Of a DNA stretch of 64,000 nt, positions 28,226 through 38,234 are shown in pieces. The notes under the pieces are model-generated. The model was not told the DNA's origin and did no database searches. It worked only from the letters and a program-made list of their open reading frames with translations. This stretch comes from Candidatus Nanoarchaeia archaeon (GTDB taxonomy: Archaea; Nanobdellota; Nanobdellia; SCGC-AAA011-G17; JACPNG01), in assembly GCA_028714095.1 (NCBI GenBank), contig JAQTMY010000002.1, positions 14,636 to 78,635 on the forward strand. The letters are read 5' to 3'. A program made the position numbers and the translations under genes. Position 1 is the first letter of the stretch, and the number at the start of each line of letters is the position of its first letter.

Positions 28226-29119
28226 ATGAAACTAAATGTTTTTAATGAAGTTAGAAACAACAAGATTAGATCGTTCTTTATTATGTCCTTCTTCATAGTC
28301 CTGATCGGTATTATTGGAGGGGCTTTAGGAGTTTTCTATGATAACTTTTATTTTGGTTTAATTATAGCAATTATTGCTGCAATAATCTACACTTTAATTG
28401 TTTTCAATTCAGGAGATTTAATGATATTAAAGTTATCAAAGGCAAAAGAAGCAACAAAAGCAGATTATCCTTATTTATTTCATACCATTGAAGGATTGGC
28501 AATAGCTGCAAATATTCCTAAACCAAAAGCCTATGTAATTGAAGATGAATCATTGAACGCGTTTGCTACAGGCAAAGATCCAAAAAAGGCATCTATATGT
28601 GTGACAACAGGATTATTAAAAAAATTAAACAGGCAGGAATTAGAAGGGGTTATTGCCCATGAGATGAGCCATGTTAAGAACTATGACATAAGGGTTATGA
28701 TGTTGACAGCAGTTTTAGTTGGAATAACTGTTTTATTGTCTAACTTTTTGATTAGAAGCTTTATGTTTGGTTCCGGAGGAAATAAAGATAGTAAAAATAA
28801 TGTTGGAATTGTTTTGCTTATTGTTGGTTTTGTTTTAGCAATTTTAACTCCAGTATTTGCTGAATTAATTAAACTGGCTATTTCAAGGAAGAGAGAATAT
28901 ATGGCAGATGCATCTGCTGCTGTCTTGACAAGATATCCCCCTGGATTGGCCAGTGCTTTGGAGAAAATAAAAGATTCAACTCCAATGAAAAACCCTAACA
29001 AGGCTACAGCTCATTTATTTATAAATTCCCCTTTCAAAAAAACAAAGGGATTTGTTTCAAACTTATTTTCAACTCATCCTCCTATCGAGGAAAGGATTAG
29101 AAGATTAAGGGCGATGTAG
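28226..29119 (+). CDS. htpX: Zn metalloprotease HtpX (M48)
   Basis: NAFATG, AHEMSH, REYMAD, THPP..ERI. Confidence 0.96.
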   Translation: MKLNVFNEVRNNKIRSFFIMSFFIVLIGIIGGALGVFYDNFYFGLIIAIIAAIIYTLIVFNSGDLMILKLSKAKEATKADYPYLFHTIEGLAIAANIPKPKAYVIEDESLNAFATGKDPKKASICVTTGLLKKLNRQELEGVIAHEMSHVKNYDIRVMMLTAVLVGITVLLSNFLIRSFMFGSGGNKDSKNNVGIVLLIVGFVLAILTPVFAELIKLAISRKREYMADASAAVLTRYPPGLASALEKIKDSTPMKNPNKATAHLFINSPFKKTKGFVSNLFSTHPPIEERIRRLRAM

Positions 29120-29120
29120 A

Positions 29121-29579
29121 ATGAAAACATTAATTGTATATTATTCAAAAACAGGCAATACAAAGAAAGTTGCTGAAGAACTAAATAAACAGATTAAGGC
29201 AGATGTAGAAGAAATTATTGATACCAAAAAAAGATCTGGGATTCTTGGCTGGATATTAGGAGGGAGAGATGCAGTTCGCAATAAACTGACAAAAATAAAT
29301 CCAATAAAATATAACCCCGAAGACTATGATCTAGTTTTGATTGGAAGTCCGGTTTGGGGTTTTAAGGTTGTTCCTGCTATTAGGACTTATCTGACTGAAA
29401 ATAAATTTAAACAAGTAGCCTTCTTTTGCACAATGGATGGCTCTGGAGATGAAGGTACTTTCAAAAGCATGGAAGAAATTTCTAAAAAACCAATAGCAAC
29501 ATTAGCTGTAAAATCAAAAGAACTAGAACAAAATATTTTAGCAGACAAAATAAAGGAATTTATTGAAAAATGGAAATAA
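29121..29579 (+). CDS. Flavodoxin family protein
   Basis: YYSKTGNT, GSPVW, AFFCT. Confidence 0.9.
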   Translation: MKTLIVYYSKTGNTKKVAEELNKQIKADVEEIIDTKKRSGILGWILGGRDAVRNKLTKINPIKYNPEDYDLVLIGSPVWGFKVVPAIRTYLTENKFKQVAFFCTMDGSGDEGTFKSMEEISKKPIATLAVKSKELEQNILADKIKEFIEKWK

Positions 29580-30001
29580 TTTCAACATTCAGAAACAACG
29601 AGAAAATTCCTGATAAATATACCTGTAATGGTATGAACATAAATCCTCCAATAAAAATTATTGATTATCCTGAAAAAACAAAAAGTTTTGCTTTGATTGT
29701 TGATGATCCAGATGCCCCAGCAAAAACATGGGTTCATTGGATTGTTTTTAATATTACTAAACCAATTATAGAGGAAAATAGAAATCCATTTAATTCAAAA
29801 CGAGGAATTAATGATTCTAGAAAACTAGATTATTCAGGACCCTGCCCCCCATCAGGTACCCATAGGTATTTCTTCAAGGTTTATGCTCTAGATTGTTTAT
29901 TGGATTTCAATGAAGGAATCAATAAGGAAATGCTTGAAAAAGTAATGAGAAATCATATCCTGGCCAAGGCAGAATTAATAGGATTATATTCAAGAAAATA
30001 A
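29570..30001 (+). CDS. YbhB/YbcL (PEBP) family protein
   Basis: DDPDAP, WVHW, GPCPPSGTHRY. Confidence 0.95.
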   Translation: MEIISTFRNNEKIPDKYTCNGMNINPPIKIIDYPEKTKSFALIVDDPDAPAKTWVHWIVFNITKPIIEENRNPFNSKRGINDSRKLDYSGPCPPSGTHRYFFKVYALDCLLDFNEGINKEMLEKVMRNHILAKAELIGLYSRK

Positions 30002-30036
30002 GCAATTTTAAATAACGTTAATTTCTTCTCATTTCT

Positions 30037-30552
30037 ATGAACCATAAATTATTAGGCATTATTTTAATCGTAGCAAGTTTAATCCTAGGATTGGTTGTAA
30101 TAACTTTTAATTCTAGATTAAATGCCCAGGCAGACCTAAGTTGCAGCTGTACAGAAATGCAAAACGGAGGAGTCTGTGCCCATGAACAAACCTCAACATG
30201 GCCAACCTATTTAGGAATTATTCTTTCAAGTATTATAGTTGCTTTAGGAGTTTATTTAATTTTCTTTGAGAAATCACAAAGACAAATACTTTCAACCTTG
30301 GAAAAACAAAAAGAAACCTCTACTGAAGAAGAAAGATTTAGTATTCTGCTTAAAGGTTTAAGTGATGACGAGAAAAAAATAATAAAAGCTGTTAAGGAAC
30401 AAGACGGGATAACACAGCAAACCTTAAGATTCAGAGCAGACTTGCATAAATCAAAATTAAGTATACTTCTAGACGGTTTAGAGAAAAAAGGTCTGATTAA
30501 GAAAGTTTTGAAGGGAAAAACCAACCAAGTGTACCTTAAAATCAAGATATAA
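30037..30552 (+). CDS. Membrane-anchored winged-helix regulator (2 TM, Cys/His loop, C-terminal wHTH)
   Basis: TM1, then CSCTEMQNGGVCAHE, TM2, then LSDDEKKII...GITQ..L...KSKLS..L..LEKKGLI...GKTN. Confidence 0.8.
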   Translation: MNHKLLGIILIVASLILGLVVITFNSRLNAQADLSCSCTEMQNGGVCAHEQTSTWPTYLGIILSSIIVALGVYLIFFEKSQRQILSTLEKQKETSTEEERFSILLKGLSDDEKKIIKAVKEQDGITQQTLRFRADLHKSKLSILLDGLEKKGLIKKVLKGKTNQVYLKIKI

Positions 30553-30588
30553 ACGATAAGCTCTTAGAATTTTAATGATATAAACGAT
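30546..30588 (+). repeat. 12-bp direct repeat GATATAAACGAT x2, 31-bp period (candidate operator)
   Basis: Exact copies at 30546 and 30577. Confidence 0.6.
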
Positions 30589-30663
30589 TAAGATATGTCA
30601 GTTTTGACGCTAACCTCTATATCTATGCTTTATTTTCTAATTTGAAACTTATGGAGGTTTAAA

Positions 30664-30876
30664 ATGAAAAAGAATGTATTAATTGCAGGCGCAGTTGCTG
30701 TATTTTTGGTAGTAGGCTTGGTTTTTGCTTCAACTAACCTATTTGCTGATGATACAGTTAAAGACGTAAAAGAAGCTAAGTTAACAGGGTGCAGCAGTGG
30801 AAACTGTGGAAAAGGATCCTGTGATGGGAGTTGTGGAGGTAATTGCGGAATAGCTTCATGTGGATGTGGCAAGTAA
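30664..30876 (+). CDS. Small exported Cys/Gly-rich peptide (metallothionein-like tail)
   Basis: GGAGGT SD, signal/TM helix, 7 Cys in GCSSGNCGKGSCDGSCGGNCGIASCGCGK. Confidence 0.8.
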   Translation: MKKNVLIAGAVAVFLVVGLVFASTNLFADDTVKDVKEAKLTGCSSGNCGKGSCDGSCGGNCGIASCGCGK

Positions 30877-30889
30877 TTGCCACTTTTTT
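30866..30889 (+). terminator. Hairpin plus T-tract terminator candidate
   Basis: GTGGCAA-GTAA-TTGCCAC-TTTTTT spanning the stop codon. Confidence 0.6.
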
Positions 30890-31589
30890 ATTTTTTAAGT
30901 TCTCTAAGATTTTCATATACTTTCTTTATTTCTTTATCAATGGTTGAATAAACAATTCTTCCAGCATAAAATCCTCTTATGTTCCCTCCCTCCCCTAATA
31001 CAAGTGGAAATGAATCTGGGATATGATAAGAAGCTCCAATTGAAGAATAATGTCTTGCATTTGGATGTGTTTTAAAACCAAATTTCTTGATTAACTTTTT
31101 TTCTTCAGCACAGTTTGGATATATGTCTTGGGGATTTACCCCAACTAATTTTACGTTTGTTGCGATGATTTTTCCTTGGTTGTTTAAAATAATCGCTAAA
31201 TCCTCTTTAGCAATTTTTTTAAGATCTATTCTTCCAGCCTCATTAAGTTGTGTGAGATATTGATCAACGCAGGGTCTTTCATAATTTCCCCCAAAAAGGT
31301 GATTTTTATTTTGTTTTGAAAGATCGTCAAAATTTAGTAAGAATATATAAGCAGGAGCATGACCCAGCTCATTTATAATCTCGTCAACAATTCTCTGAGC
31401 ATGATGACTTGATTGTGGTTCCTCAACTTCTTTTATTTTTTCATAATAAAGCTCATTATGATTTCTTAATGCTTCAATGGTTATATCATAAGCACATAAG
31501 ATTGTTTCTTTTTGAATTAATCCTAATCTATTTACAACCTCTTCTAATAACTGTTTTTTCTCTTTTATGATATTTAGTTCAAGAATCAT
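30888..31589 (-). CDS. Diadenylate cyclase (DAC/DisA_N)-like protein, divergent
   Basis: DLAIIL (canonical DGA), NARHYSS (canonical GTRHR), VLGE.G.I. Confidence 0.6.
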   Translation of the reverse strand: MILELNIIKEKKQLLEEVVNRLGLIQKETILCAYDITIEALRNHNELYYEKIKEVEEPQSSHHAQRIVDEIINELGHAPAYIFLLNFDDLSKQNKNHLFGGNYERPCVDQYLTQLNEAGRIDLKKIAKEDLAIILNNQGKIIATNVKLVGVNPQDIYPNCAEEKKLIKKFGFKTHPNARHYSSIGASYHIPDSFPLVLGEGGNIRGFYAGRIVYSTIDKEIKKVYENLRELKK

Positions 31590-31803
31590 GCTATTTTATA
31601 AAATAAAACGGTTAATAAACCTTTATTACTACTATCAGTTACATAAAAGTTCAATAAAAACAACTAAAAAATGATAAAGACCAAACTAAATCAAGATTCA
31701 AGGATAAAAAGTCTTATAAAAAATTAAAAAGAGACAATTTCTTGCTTTTTTTGGTTAAATAACAAAGAAAACCTAATTTAATCCTATAAACCCCCCCATA
31801 ATT

Positions 31804-32676
31804 TTAAGACTTTTCAATCCTTTCCCTAAGTTCTTTGGACGTTTTTTTATAGTGTTCACCTAATTCATGGAAAGTATTCTCCATGAGAGATTTTACCTGA
31901 GGCAGTCTATCAAATATATTCTCAGAGATTCCCATTACTTTTTTTATTGAAGCTAAATTTGTCTCAGTTTTCCATCTTATATTCTTCTTCTCAAATCCGT
32001 CCACTAATTCTTCTAATTTTTCAAAAGAACTGATAATACTGTTTAAGAGAAGTTCTGTATCTAAAGGTCCTAGCCCTTTTATAAATTCGTTTTGGTCTGG
32101 TCTTGTTATTGAATTAGAAACCTCTCTTAAGGTATCTCCAAAAGAAGAGATGTAAAATTCGAGGTCATGTATCCTTGTTTTTTTAATGATCCCTTCTTCT
32201 ACCTCACTTATAAGATGATTTATATTCTGTCTGAAAAGCAATAAAGATGAACGTAGCCTATTTATCTTTTCATGGAAGGATATTTCATACAGCTCAGCCA
32301 TAATAGCATCCTGCTTGATTGAAACAAGTTTTGAGGTTACGACTGCTAAAATCAATAAACCAAAGATTAACTCGACTATAGAAACCATCTTGAAGGATCC
32401 AGCAGGTACTATATCTCCAAATCCAGTGGTTGTTGCTGCAACAAAACTGAAATAAACTGAATCTCTTAGACTATCCACTTTCTTTTGAGTTGCAGAATAA
32501 TGTAAATTTGATTTATCCCCAGCAAAAACATAATACAGGAGCCCAAAAAGTAGAACAATGCATATCCAAACAACTAAAATTTTAGTAAAGGTTACCCTGT
32601 CAAACCAGGACCCAATCTTTTTTTTCCTGATAGAAATCCCAGAATTAATTACCCCTCCTTTTAAAGCTCCAAGCAT
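31804..32676 (-). CDS. Potassium channel family protein (2TM) with long C-terminal helical domain
   Basis: YFSFVAATTTGFGDIVP selectivity filter. Confidence 0.88.
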   Translation of the reverse strand: MLGALKGGVINSGISIRKKKIGSWFDRVTFTKILVVWICIVLLFGLLYYVFAGDKSNLHYSATQKKVDSLRDSVYFSFVAATTTGFGDIVPAGSFKMVSIVELIFGLLILAVVTSKLVSIKQDAIMAELYEISFHEKINRLRSSLLLFRQNINHLISEVEEGIIKKTRIHDLEFYISSFGDTLREVSNSITRPDQNEFIKGLGPLDTELLLNSIISSFEKLEELVDGFEKKNIRWKTETNLASIKKVMGISENIFDRLPQVKSLMENTFHELGEHYKKTSKELRERIEKS

Positions 32677-32745
32677 ATATTAGGTAATTATTATACCCAT
32701 TTAAAAATATTCTTATTCAAAAAGATATAATTAAAAAAGAAAAAA

Positions 32746-35535
32746 TTAACAGGAAGGTTCTTGACTTCCTGCACATGCTAATGTCACATATTTTTGTGCT
32801 GCTGGTAAATAAATAAACTTAAGACCAATAGTGGATATTCTTTCCAGCAAGTCTATCTGGGAGGTCCCACACGAGGCAAAGTCAAATGCTTTTCTTGCAC
32901 TATAGTCTCCTGCTTTGAATGTCATAGCTTTGCTTACACAAAGATGGCATCCTAGATGTTCTTGCCCCGATATTGCCGCATCTTGTGTACAATATCCGTT
33001 ATATTGTGTTCCTCCGAGAGTATCTACCACATAATTTGGACATTTACATTCAGCATATCCAACTGTGATATCTTCATTACAGCTTCCTGCAATGTCTAAT
33101 CCAATGTAGTAACTGTCTCCTACCTTATAGGTATATGCTGTGGCGTCGCAGTTAGTATTTGTATATCCACATTTGCCATTTTTACATACAGAACCTGCAG
33201 GACAGGATTTTGTAGCTATACTACATAAATTATTTTCACAATAATAGTCTTTCTGTATGTAGTTAGTTGAACAACCATCATTGTATGTTCCTGTTGAATC
33301 TTTACAAGTTCCTATTGTATCAAAGTTCTTCTTCCCATCAGAGTCTATACATACTGGAGTTTCAGGTTGTTTGCATGCTCCATCTTCACATCCCAATGGA
33401 CACTCAATGAATTCACATTTCTTTGTTATGTTTTCACAATAATACTCTAATACACTAGTATCTGTTTTTGTTCCAGTACATGCTTCTGGATTTTCATCAA
33501 TCCATCCTCCATCAGGGGCAACAATCTCGATTTCAACAACTTCATCATTGTAATCCCAGTCTGAATACTGTTTTTTGTTGTTCCTGATATACTCTCCAGG
33601 CAAGTCCTCAAATCCGATACGCCACTTTGTGTCGCTTAGTTGTGTAACTATCCCATAAGATTTGTTTGTGTATGGGTCTAGTTGACCTTCTGCATAATGG
33701 TCATAAATTCCTATCCCCCACTTGTTTCCATAAACTCTTATGAAGAAGTTTAACTTGTCTCCTTGATGATAAACAGTTTCCCATATAGTATTTTGTGCAA
33801 TTTTTTTATTTTCAGGGAATATTTCTACTGGCTCTGGATCAGCATCCATGAAGAATCCTGAAACTAATTCTGCACTAGAGCCTAAATAAGTTATTTTTAG
33901 TTTACCTGTCCTTGGAATGCTGATTGCATAGTCTTTTCCACAAACATCTATGTATTCATTTCCTTTGTAGGTTAGGTTTCCTTTAAGGTTTACATTCTTT
34001 CCATTGTCTGTTTCTTCACATGAGCCAGTATTATTTATTGTAGTGGAAACTGATGGGCTGCATAGTGGGATCCAGAATACCTCCTTATCATACTTCCCAT
34101 TGTAGGCCGGACTTTCAATTGTAACTCCATTTAATGTAGTTATATTATCGATTCTTGTTCCGAACTGAAGCCCTTCCCATATTAATTCTGTTGCTTCTGC
34201 ATTACTTCCACTTGCTCCAAGCGAGGTAATTCCTTTTTTTCTTGCCCATGATAACTGCATTAATTCTTTTTCTGAAGGGTTATTTTTTTGATAGATTTCC
34301 AAATCTATCCTTAGATTATCTTTTACTTTTCTGCCTAAGTTTTCCCATAAGAATAATTCTGCATTAACCCCGTCGTTTGGAATAATCTGGGCAAATCTGT
34401 TTCTTTCTGGTGAGGTAATGAACCCAGCATACTGAACCTTATTATTGGCCCAATAATAAACAAATAGTTTGGAGCTTTCTAAAGCACTAGTGGATGGATT
34501 AACATCGCTTACCCATATCTTATTTGTTTTTTTATCTCCCTTGTCACTATTATCTCCATCCAAAAATATAGGGTTAACTACGAGGGAATCTTCTATGTTT
34601 GAATGGATATAGACAGTTTTTACAGAAGATAATCCCACACACCCGCTGCAACTATCACTTAGATCTGCTTTAACATCATATTCAATTGTTAATCTTGAAT
34701 TCTTTATTTGGTTACTGCATTCAACTTCTTTAGGTTGTTTGCATGCTCCATCCACACATTTAAGTGGGCACGTAACGGGTTCCTTTTTGTATTTATCACT
34801 AACCAAATTACAAGACCATTCATACAATGTATCTTGTTTTTTATTATGACAGTAATCAAAGTAGACATTCTTTTTGTAAGACATATTCCCTTTAACATAA
34901 ATATTTCTTCCGTCTGGGTTCTGTTCTGTTGCATCTGTATCTGAGCAGGACCTTATGCATGCTCCATCCGAGCAACCATTGGCACATTTGATTGGCCTCT
35001 GTTTTGAAGTGTCTGTTTGTGGATCGCAATACCATTCATTTAATACGTTTGATTTTCCAGGAACACATTCATCTGTTTTTTCTTGATTCTGGAATGTTAC
35101 AGTTCCAACTGTAAATGGGTCTTCTCCAGTTGGGAAATTTTGGTTCATATCTGTATCAGAACATCTTCTTATGCATGCTCCATCTTCACACCCGCCAGGA
35201 CATTCAAATAATTTGTAAACTCCTTTGTTTTTTTTACAGTAAAACTCTTTGACTTTTGTTTTTTCAGCATCACACTCATCAGAAGCAGAAGTCTGACCTA
35301 TAGTTACAGTTCCATTTACATATATTGAACTCCCTCCTAAGTCAGAATCTGAATCAGTACAAACTACTTTAGCAGCATATCCTGCTAAAGTTTCATTGCT
35401 ACTTTTCAGGCTGGTTCCTATTATAATTGATGCTCCTGCAAAAACAACAAGTATTGTTGAAACAAGAAGAATCGTATATAGTTTTTTATTATGATGACTT
35501 TTAGTTTTAGAACTATTTTTTCTAGTTTTTTTCAC
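32746..35535 (-). CDS. Large membrane-anchored Cys-rich repeat surface protein
   Basis: N-terminal TM; about 5 repeats of CxDxD..G...D.C...E.YC...CP.GC.DGAC; DUF4114-like GFEDL...DWDYND. Confidence 0.8.
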   Translation of the reverse strand: MKKTRKNSSKTKSHHNKKLYTILLVSTILVVFAGASIIIGTSLKSSNETLAGYAAKVVCTDSDSDLGGSSIYVNGTVTIGQTSASDECDAEKTKVKEFYCKKNKGVYKLFECPGGCEDGACIRRCSDTDMNQNFPTGEDPFTVGTVTFQNQEKTDECVPGKSNVLNEWYCDPQTDTSKQRPIKCANGCSDGACIRSCSDTDATEQNPDGRNIYVKGNMSYKKNVYFDYCHNKKQDTLYEWSCNLVSDKYKKEPVTCPLKCVDGACKQPKEVECSNQIKNSRLTIEYDVKADLSDSCSGCVGLSSVKTVYIHSNIEDSLVVNPIFLDGDNSDKGDKKTNKIWVSDVNPSTSALESSKLFVYYWANNKVQYAGFITSPERNRFAQIIPNDGVNAELFLWENLGRKVKDNLRIDLEIYQKNNPSEKELMQLSWARKKGITSLGASGSNAEATELIWEGLQFGTRIDNITTLNGVTIESPAYNGKYDKEVFWIPLCSPSVSTTINNTGSCEETDNGKNVNLKGNLTYKGNEYIDVCGKDYAISIPRTGKLKITYLGSSAELVSGFFMDADPEPVEIFPENKKIAQNTIWETVYHQGDKLNFFIRVYGNKWGIGIYDHYAEGQLDPYTNKSYGIVTQLSDTKWRIGFEDLPGEYIRNNKKQYSDWDYNDEVVEIEIVAPDGGWIDENPEACTGTKTDTSVLEYYCENITKKCEFIECPLGCEDGACKQPETPVCIDSDGKKNFDTIGTCKDSTGTYNDGCSTNYIQKDYYCENNLCSIATKSCPAGSVCKNGKCGYTNTNCDATAYTYKVGDSYYIGLDIAGSCNEDITVGYAECKCPNYVVDTLGGTQYNGYCTQDAAISGQEHLGCHLCVSKAMTFKAGDYSARKAFDFASCGTSQIDLLERISTIGLKFIYLPAAQKYVTLACAGSQEPSC

Positions 35536-35660
35536 ACAAACCCACCTCTTTTAAATATAATAAAATTTAAGTTCAAGATAATATTTAAATATTTTGTTTT
35601 ACTTCTATATGGTTATATCCCAATTAAATTTATAAATTCAAAAAAATATTAAGAAATCTC

Positions 35661-35864
35661 ATGGAAACATCCAAAAAAGTTTCTCCAAGGGAAAAAGAGA
35701 TAGAATATATCTGCAACTCTTGTTTATACCCTTTCAAAAGGAAAGAATCTATCAATGTGACAGTTTGCCCTTACTGCGGTAAGAGAAATTCAGTTGAGCC
35801 AAAAAGCCTTAGGAGTGCCCAGGCCCTGCTAGATGAGGCTATTGAGAGAGATTCTAATTTATAA
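35661..35864 (+). CDS. Small zinc-ribbon protein
   Basis: YICNSC...CPYCG. Confidence 0.75.
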   Translation: METSKKVSPREKEIEYICNSCLYPFKRKESINVTVCPYCGKRNSVEPKSLRSAQALLDEAIERDSNL

Positions 35865-35945
35865 ACAATTTTTATTTATTTTTCTGATTTTAATTCTGCA
35901 TTAGTGAAGATAAATTTAAATAATAGATTATTATTAACTTTTACC

Positions 35946-36335
35946 ATGCCAACTCTAGTTGTTAAGTGTAGACAATGTGGGAGATCTGCTCCTGCAAATG
36001 AGTTTATTCTAGATCATATCTACAGAAAGATGGTATGCCCAATGTGTATTAAGGATAGGCATGAAAAAGAAAAAGTTCATGAGGAATTTAGGCTGGAAAG
36101 AGAAACAAAATCTCAGAAATCAGAATTATTAAAACCAGAATCTCAGGCTATAAATCTTAAAAAAGATTTTAAACTAATGCAGAGACCACTCCAACAGGAA
36201 AAACCCATAGAGGATAAACAAAATCAAAAAAGAAGGTTCAAATGCACCAAATGTACTTTTGAATTCCCCTATAATCCAGCCACAAAAACTCCATTGAGAT
36301 GCCCTTACTGTAATTATACAATAACTTATCCTTAA
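35946..36335 (+). CDS. Double zinc-ribbon protein
   Basis: CRQC..CPMC and CTKC..CPYC. Start moved to MPTLVV. Confidence 0.75.
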   Translation: MPTLVVKCRQCGRSAPANEFILDHIYRKMVCPMCIKDRHEKEKVHEEFRLERETKSQKSELLKPESQAINLKKDFKLMQRPLQQEKPIEDKQNQKRRFKCTKCTFEFPYNPATKTPLRCPYCNYTITYP

Positions 36336-36829
36336 ACCTTTGTTAGATCAACTTCACAAAAGAAATAGTCTTCTCCAGATTCTTCCCAGTTAGGGTGGGT
36401 ACTTTTTATTACTGCTCCAAACTTCTTAATTAAAGACACAGAACTGTTCTGCCTGAAATGTCCAATTAAAATTTCAAATCCCTGTTCTTTAGCAACCCTT
36501 ACAAATTCCTTTGTTAACTCGTAACCAAAACCTCTTCCCTGATATTCTTTCTCAATAACAATATTATATAAATAAATTATTTTTTTGTTTCTGTCATAAC
36601 CATATTCATCAAATTCCTCGTCGATTAAAGTTGCTCCAATGATATTTCCTACATAATTATTATCAAGGAAACCCAAAATTGCAATATTATTTGGGTCCAA
36701 AAGCATATCCTTGTAATCTTCTATACTTGATCTTATCTTTTCTGGAAAGATTTCCTCAGAGTGAAGAAGATAATTCTTGTATTCTTCAAAGTTTGCCTCG
36801 TCCAACTCCTTGAATGTAAGCTGCCCCAT
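36332..36829 (-). CDS. GNAT family acetyltransferase
   Basis: YLYNIVIEKEYQGRGFG acetyl-CoA motif. Confidence 0.88.
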   Translation of the reverse strand: MGQLTFKELDEANFEEYKNYLLHSEEIFPEKIRSSIEDYKDMLLDPNNIAILGFLDNNYVGNIIGATLIDEEFDEYGYDRNKKIIYLYNIVIEKEYQGRGFGYELTKEFVRVAKEQGFEILIGHFRQNSSVSLIKKFGAVIKSTHPNWEESGEDYFFCEVDLTKV

Positions 36830-36845
36830 ATTAGCTCAGAATTAT

Positions 36846-38138
36846 TTAGAGTTCTCTTAAATACCCCCAAGTATGCAGTTTATCGCAGTCCTCAAACCAT
36901 CTTTCCCCTATGTCATCCCTGTAATACATGTGTGGGATCATCACGTTTTTTATTTTGGTGTATGCCTGGTTTATTGCCTGTCTCATAGTCTGCCCTGTTC
37001 CACAGACAATTAAGATTACTCCTGTCTCTCCAGCAATAACCCACTCATCATTAACTAATTTAACATCCTCTATATGAATCCCTTCTGTTGATGGTTTCTT
37101 AAAGTGTATAACCGCATCTTTTGATTTAACCTCAAAAGTTTCTGGGTCAGTGAATGGAAAAGGAGGAACAACTATTCTAACCCCAACCTGGAAACCAGAT
37201 TTTGTTTTTAATTTTGGTTTTTCCCCTCTTGCTAGGTCATACATAAATTCTGCTATTGACCCAGTCATCCCTTCTTGTTGTATGCTTATGGTTGGATATC
37301 CAAATCTAGTTGTCCATTCCAAAGGATAAATTCCATTTCCATTTACAATACAGTTAATATCAATATATCCTACATATCCTTCTTCAGCCAGTTTAGGTTC
37401 AAACTTTTTCAAAGTCTGATTAAATATCCTGTTTGGACCACTCCAGAACATTGAGGTTCCCATCTCCCCTGTAGAAGGCCCAAGGTTTCCTGGAAATAAT
37501 TTTTTATGCTCAAAATTAACATTTATTGGATAAACAAATTCTTTTCCATCAAAGAAAGCACCAACCGCTACCTCTACCCCGGTCATTCTTTTTTGCAGTT
37601 GGAATGCAGGAATCTTCTTTGCTCCCACCTTATTATAATCAGAGAGCACCTGTATTACATCCTTACCATCTTCCTCCTCCCCAATGAATAAGAGTCCTTT
37701 AAGGTTTTGTGCTTCTCCATTGGGCTTAATAACATACTTACCCGGATTTTCTTGTACAAATTTTATAGCATCCTCAAAAGAGGTAAATTCATAGTGAGGA
37801 ATTATTGCAATATCATATTTTTTAAGTTCTTCCTGGCCAAAAGCTCTGTCGTCTTCTAACATATCTGTATAGGCTGTCCCACCAACAACAAATTTTCCTT
37901 TTTTACGCAGTTTCTCAGCTTTAGCCCCTTGTCCTAAAACATCGTCGAAAATAATAATATCTGCCCAGTCAACTTCCTTTTCCCAGTCCTCAACAAAAGG
38001 AAAAAATCCAGTTCCTACATCTTTATCTTCTTTGGAATGAGTGTAATATTTAACATTATGTCCCTCTTTAGAAATCTGCCATGCTAAGTCTACGCTTAGG
38101 GCATCTAATGATACAAAAAGGAAATTTTTTGGTTCCAT
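36846..38138 (-). CDS. Phosphoribosylamine-glycine ligase-like ATP-grasp enzyme
   Basis: LEDDRAFG, VIKP, GVEV, EHKKLFPGNLGPSTGEMG, LEWTTRFGYP, YRDDIG. Confidence 0.8.
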   Translation of the reverse strand: MEPKNFLFVSLDALSVDLAWQISKEGHNVKYYTHSKEDKDVGTGFFPFVEDWEKEVDWADIIIFDDVLGQGAKAEKLRKKGKFVVGGTAYTDMLEDDRAFGQEELKKYDIAIIPHYEFTSFEDAIKFVQENPGKYVIKPNGEAQNLKGLLFIGEEEDGKDVIQVLSDYNKVGAKKIPAFQLQKRMTGVEVAVGAFFDGKEFVYPINVNFEHKKLFPGNLGPSTGEMGTSMFWSGPNRIFNQTLKKFEPKLAEEGYVGYIDINCIVNGNGIYPLEWTTRFGYPTISIQQEGMTGSIAEFMYDLARGEKPKLKTKSGFQVGVRIVVPPFPFTDPETFEVKSKDAVIHFKKPSTEGIHIEDVKLVNDEWVIAGETGVILIVCGTGQTMRQAINQAYTKIKNVMIPHMYYRDDIGERWFEDCDKLHTWGYLREL

Positions 38139-38234
38139 TTATCTTTTCGTGTTTTAATATAAATTTACTATTTATAAATTTTCCTGATTTCTTAAAATTT
38201 GTTTATATCTGGAGTTGAAAAAATAATAAAAATT

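Noticed and set aside
30546-30588. Direct repeat as a mini-CRISPR
   Set aside because: Only two 12-bp copies with a 19-bp spacer and no cas genes; no CRISPR array was seen anywhere in the window.
30630-30872. Minus-strand Pro/Gln-rich 80-aa ORF
   Set aside because: Antisense to the Cys-rich peptide, which has the SD, signal peptide and terminator.
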